Part shown: piece by piece, positions 60,369 to 64,000 of the stretch
Position numbering within the stretch: position 1 is the first letter of the stretch
Layout of the letters: the number at the start of each line of letters is the position of its first letter
The notes under the pieces: model-generated
What the model saw: the letters and a program-made list of their open reading frames with translations, nothing else
Told to the model about the DNA's origin: nothing
Databases searched by the model: none
Virus record (IMG/VR): IMGVR_UViG_3300020577_013140
Location: 84,381-148,380 of that record
Source of the DNA: a virus
Taxonomy: Duplodnaviria; Heunggongvirae; Uroviricota; Caudoviricetes
DNA: 64,000 nucleotides
Strand: one strand, 5' to 3'
Position numbers and translations under genes: made by a program

Positions 60369-60917
60369 TTAGCGCGCGGACCCACCGGCGAGATCGCCAG
60401 TCAAGGTGACCGTCACAGAACCGTTTTCACCAGCTGCCTCGACGACACGGAAAAGACGTTGAGTCTCGGCCAAGACGCCGGCAGGAGTGGACAGAGCGTC
60501 CTCATCGAAGGTGAAGACGTTGGAGTTGACATAAGCCCAGCGCTTATTCTCAACGTGAGCAGCAATAACCTTGCTGACAGCGGTGGCCAGGTCCTCGACG
60601 GTCTCGGTATGGCCGGTGGCATCGGTGACTCGGAGTGTAACCTGTTGACCGGCACCGCCGACGAGATCACCGGTGATGGTTACCGTGACACCGTCAGGGG
60701 AAGAAAGAAGCAGCTCGCGAAGACGAGCAGCGTCCTGCAAGAGAGCAGGGTCATCGACCGAAGTGGCCGTGAACTGAAAGACATTCGAACCGACATATGC
60801 CCAGCGCTTGTTCTCGATGTGGGCGGTGATAACCGTGTTGATGGCATCGGCCAGATCCTGAGTGAGGTTAGTGTGGCCAGAAGCGTCGGTGATGCGGATG
60901 TTGATGGTCTTGGTCAT
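60369..60917 (-). CDS. tandem di-ubiquitin-like (beta-grasp) precursor with two di-glycine motifs
   Basis: two ~88-91-aa repeats ending TGDLVGG and TGDLAGG(SAR); start trimmed to ATG at 60917. Confidence 0.75.
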   Translation of the reverse strand: MTKTINIRITDASGHTNLTQDLADAINTVITAHIENKRWAYVGSNVFQFTATSVDDPALLQDAARLRELLLSSPDGVTVTITGDLVGGAGQQVTLRVTDATGHTETVEDLATAVSKVIAAHVENKRWAYVNSNVFTFDEDALSTPAGVLAETQRLFRVVEAAGENGSVTVTLTGDLAGGSAR

Positions 60918-61020
60918 AATTTGTTTTTGCTTTAAGTGATTTCGAACGAGACAACAATGAAAAAATGGTGCGGTTCTTACCGCTCCATCCATTGTATCAA
61001 ACTGAGGCGGAACTACAAGT

Positions 61021-61773
61021 TCAATGAACTGGAAATTGTATTTTTCTCAACGCAATTTCACCGTTGTAAGTCATACATAGCCTGCACTTTGCACAAGCTC
61101 CAGCAGAACGCTCGTTCTTGAGCTTGCCAGATACTTCAGGGCAAACGACCCATTTTGTATCTGACGGCTGTGTACCAATATTTCCCATGTAACAAATTCC
61201 AACGTTATGATGCCCTGGACTACAAATATCGAACACCAATCGTGCTTCCGCATAATTGGCGTTGTCCGACGAAATGTAGAGCGCAAGGTTCTGACAATCC
61301 ATGAGCAGAGGCACGGCCCATAGACTTCGAGTGTACGTCCAGAATTGTACTTGCGGGAATTTCTTGATCGTCGCAGCCCACGCTCTGGCGTAATCTTCCG
61401 AGAAGAAATCGCCAGAAGTATGTAGCCGGAAATGCAAGAGCTTCCCGTTATTATGTTTGACAAACGCGGCAACAGAAGCAGTCAGGATCGCTTCCATCTC
61501 CTCCACGCTTTTTTCCTTCAACAAGGCAGTATTCCTTGCAAGGACCTTTCCAAAACTGGGGTAGGCCTTCACGAGTTTGTCAACGTAGCACGTAGCATTG
61601 ACTCCTCCTTCCCGCTTCAAGCTCAAACACCCACCAGGCCCTGTAGTGGACCCAGGGCACGTGCCGCCATTCTCTGGTCGGCCATGCATCAAACCAAAAG
61701 TGTTTAGATGATTAGATTTGAACTTAGTTTTGGAATTATCAGTGAATTTCAGTACATTGTCTGATTCAGTCAT
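61021..61773 (-). CDS. phage Gp88-like (radical-SAM-related) protein
   Basis: TCPG...C...CYV, FRLHTSGDFFSEDYARAW, FWTYTRS, CAKCRLC; start trimmed to ATG at 61773. Confidence 0.75.
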   Translation of the reverse strand: MTESDNVLKFTDNSKTKFKSNHLNTFGLMHGRPENGGTCPGSTTGPGGCLSLKREGGVNATCYVDKLVKAYPSFGKVLARNTALLKEKSVEEMEAILTASVAAFVKHNNGKLLHFRLHTSGDFFSEDYARAWAATIKKFPQVQFWTYTRSLWAVPLLMDCQNLALYISSDNANYAEARLVFDICSPGHHNVGICYMGNIGTQPSDTKWVVCPEVSGKLKNERSAGACAKCRLCMTYNGEIALRKIQFPVH

Positions 61774-61918
61774 GGTGTGGTTGCACGAGGTTCCTCTTTG
61801 CAAAGACACAACAAGATAGATCAAGACACGATAAGATACTGGCTAAACTACACTACGAAAAAGCAATACAAGATAAAAGGCACCCACCGCGTGGGTAGGT
61901 GCCTTGTGTGGTCCCAAC

Positions 61919-63055
61919 TTAGTCGAGCTGACTGGCGCCCGTCATACGACCTTCCGTCGGTGTAATCTCCGAGGTCACAACAGACGGATAGGTCGCCTGC
62001 ACCCGAGCAATCATACGAGCCAGGCAAAGGCGCACCTGCTGCTTGAACGCCTCACTAACCGTAAGTGATGCCAGCCAGTTCTGTACTGCAGGCTCGCTAG
62101 TGAGGCCGCGTACCAAAAGCGAAGTACTCAGGGCGTTGGCCGCCAGGCTGAGACGCTTTTTGACGCCATTCATCACTCGCTCGATCGAGGCTTCCGGAGC
62201 GAAGAGGCCATCAGCTTTTTTCAATCGACGCTCAGCCTCTCGAGCAAACACTGCAATATCAGAGGCGTTAGGGTTAAGCGTCGAGCTGATGCGCCCATCA
62301 TTGATGAGAATCGTAGAGGCTGGCGCCCAATCCAGCCCGTAGTTGGCAAACAGCTGCTGCACCTCGATGTAAGCGGCAGGCGTGGAAAAACGCACCGCAG
62401 CAAAATCGGCGCGGCTAAGTGCGCTTAATTGAGCTAGGGTGGTAACCCCGTAAGTCGCAAGGCTGTTCAACAGTACACGAGAAGTAAGCGCCGGAAACTC
62501 AGCCGATTGGAGGTCCTTCAGGAGGACAAGAGAAGCATCGCGTGCGCTAGGTGTTGGTGTAACCTTCTCGGTCGACTTTCCTCCATGCGAGTTTATTGCA
62601 GCGGCGAGAGATTGCAACCTTTCCGTCAACTTGGCCGCAGAGAGTTGCCCTTCGGTAAATTGAGTAAGAGCCGTATGCACATCTGCGGCAAAGGTGACAA
62701 AGGAAGGCGCAGTCGGCGATTCAGATGCCGGCTGCTTGTTACTCACTGGAGGGGCTGAGGCCTCCGGAGAGATATAGGGTCCGCTCGCCTGTGTGGCCTG
62801 CTGCTGCGCTTGTGTGGCCTGCTGCTGCGCTTGTGTGGCCTGCTGCTGCGCTTGTGTGGCCTGCTGCTGCGCTTGCTCTCCATTCCGACGAGCCTGCTCC
62901 GCCTTTAGCGCGGCGAGTACAGCCAGTGGAATAGGCGCACCGAGGGATTGATCACGCTCCAACTTGAGGATGGCGTTGTTAAGATGATGATTCTCCATTT
63001 GGTGAAGAGGAATTTCTTGCCCCTTGGAGACACTAAAGTAAGTGAAGTTCGACAT
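61919..63055 (-). CDS. protein with a Gln/Ala repeat and an RNA polymerase alpha-CTD-like HhH domain
   Basis: L.S.VLLNSL..YGVTTLAQLSALSRADF.AVRFSTPAAYIEVQQLF..YGL aligns by eye with the alpha-CTD pattern. Confidence 0.6.
   Translation of the reverse strand: MSNFTYFSVSKGQEIPLHQMENHHLNNAILKLERDQSLGAPIPLAVLAALKAEQARRNGEQAQQQATQAQQQATQAQQQATQAQQQATQASGPYISPEASAPPVSNKQPASESPTAPSFVTFAADVHTALTQFTEGQLSAAKLTERLQSLAAAINSHGGKSTEKVTPTPSARDASLVLLKDLQSAEFPALTSRVLLNSLATYGVTTLAQLSALSRADFAAVRFSTPAAYIEVQQLFANYGLDWAPASTILINDGRISSTLNPNASDIAVFAREAERRLKKADGLFAPEASIERVMNGVKKRLSLAANALSTSLLVRGLTSEPAVQNWLASLTVSEAFKQQVRLCLARMIARVQATYPSVVTSEITPTEGRMTGASQLD
62790..62873. repeat. four perfect 21-bp tandem repeats (TGTGTGGCCTGCTGCTGCGCT) encoding AQQQATQ
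   Basis: directly visible; in frame within 61919..63055. Confidence 0.95.
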
Positions 63056-63108
63056 AGTTTCGAAAGATGAATGAGGGGCGCACCTGCGCCCCAGTTAACC
63101 GATATCCG

Positions 63109-63993
63109 TTATGCGGCAGTGTTGAGCTGGCCTGGCTGGACAACCTCAATAGCTCGGTGCTCTTGAACGTGAGTCACACGTCCTTCAACCACGTGTTGAT
63201 TCAGGGTGTTAAGGAAGAGCTGCCCACGATTGGAGGAATACACAACCATGAGAGTCATGAGCTGCGTGAAGTCCCTGCATTGCATCAAGTCATGCAAAAA
63301 GCAGACCGGCGGACAAAAATACTCCTTACCGTGATGGCGCCACTGGGCCATTAGTGCGTGCATCGCCCTCTCGACAGCGAACCTATCGTACTCATCCGGG
63401 ATTTGAATCCTGAGCATCACGGACGTCGGTTCACCGTGTGTAGAAGCATGACACTTGCGGCGTGTTTCCCAGTCGGCCGTGCAGCCCCATTTCACAACCA
63501 AGTCGCGATGAATGCCTGCGTCCGAACCTAAGGCGATCAAGTAATTGTATTGGGTATTTCGCTCTTCCTCTGGAAGAGGCGTCTCGCGCAAGAGTCCGGG
63601 CAATACCAACCTATTCCCTACCGGCATCATGCTACCCACAAAGAACCTGGAGGTATCCCCAGACCCATCGCTTGTCGGGAATCTCGGAATGTTCACGCCG
63701 CCAGCGCAGGAGAGAACAGGAACCTTACGCCCAGGGTAACGCTTGGAGGCGACCTCACTCTCCACCGGCCCTGTGTAGCTGGGCGCCACAGAAAATCCAG
63801 TCTGGGTGGCGATCTTGTACACCAGGCTGGGGTTTCCCACAACTGCGTTACCATCAACGGTCAGCTCGGTGGCCGTATGAGGCCGTGCGATATAGTTCTG
63901 GAAATACGCCTCGATGCTCAGCTGATGACGGTTGAACGTCGTCATGTCGTAAGCCCGGTGGGTCAACAGGAACTGGTTCGACGCTGCGGTCAC
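63109..63993 (-). CDS. protein with a C-terminal T5orf172/GIY-YIG-like domain (start uncertain, near the window edge)
   Basis: YLIA...VKWGCTADWETRRKCH...VERAMH...KEYF. Confidence 0.6.
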   Translation of the reverse strand: MTAASNQFLLTHRAYDMTTFNRHQLSIEAYFQNYIARPHTATELTVDGNAVVGNPSLVYKIATQTGFSVAPSYTGPVESEVASKRYPGRKVPVLSCAGGVNIPRFPTSDGSGDTSRFFVGSMMPVGNRLVLPGLLRETPLPEEERNTQYNYLIALGSDAGIHRDLVVKWGCTADWETRRKCHASTHGEPTSVMLRIQIPDEYDRFAVERAMHALMAQWRHHGKEYFCPPVCFLHDLMQCRDFTQLMTLMVVYSSNRGQLFLNTLNQHVVEGRVTHVQEHRAIEVVQPGQLNTAA

Positions 63994-64000
63994 TCCCTTG

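Noticed and set aside
1-64000. Stop-codon reassignment (alternative genetic code)
   Set aside because: Long conserved genes (CCA enzyme, RecA, TROVE, fibres) are uninterrupted in the standard code, and ORFs tile densely using TAA, TAG and TGA as stops.

Overview
This window is a 64 kb segment of a large (jumbo-type) tailed dsDNA phage genome read in the standard genetic code, with three transcription blocks. (1) 1-21.2 kb, minus strand: about 55 short, tightly overlapping, mostly unknown ORFs with several locally expanded paralog families, plus an HhH-GPD glycosylase, a class II aldolase-like protein and a cyclic-phosphate-processing receiver-like protein. (2) 21.2-40.2 kb, plus strand, virion module: two SAM methyltransferases around an HNH gene, a probable portal, a beta-helix tailspike, two very large repeat-rich tail fibres and a GT4 glycosyltransferase. 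(3) 40.3-64 kb, minus strand: a CCA-adding enzyme, a nicotinamidase-vWA-PP2C-kinase (TerY-P-like) cluster, a Ro60/TROVE gene, RuvC/RecA/SSB recombination genes and a ubiquitin-like operon. There are two standout observations. First, the 2.4 kb non-coding region directly upstream of the Ro60 gene holds about 10 Y-RNA-like units that share a conserved terminal scaffold (stem-ANGUAAY-stem-GUUCAUC...UUUUC-N-stem) but carry different cargo: short hairpins, four circularly permuted tRNA mimics and one ~210-nt domain. Second, the phage encodes a tandem di-ubiquitin-like precursor (two L-x-G-G ends, the last masked by SAR) in an operon with a 663-aa unknown protein, a JAB/JAMM protease and an E1/ThiF enzyme. 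All family calls come from motif recognition by eye; no database searches or RNA folding were run. Several start codons were trimmed from the supplied ORF track to the most plausible start.
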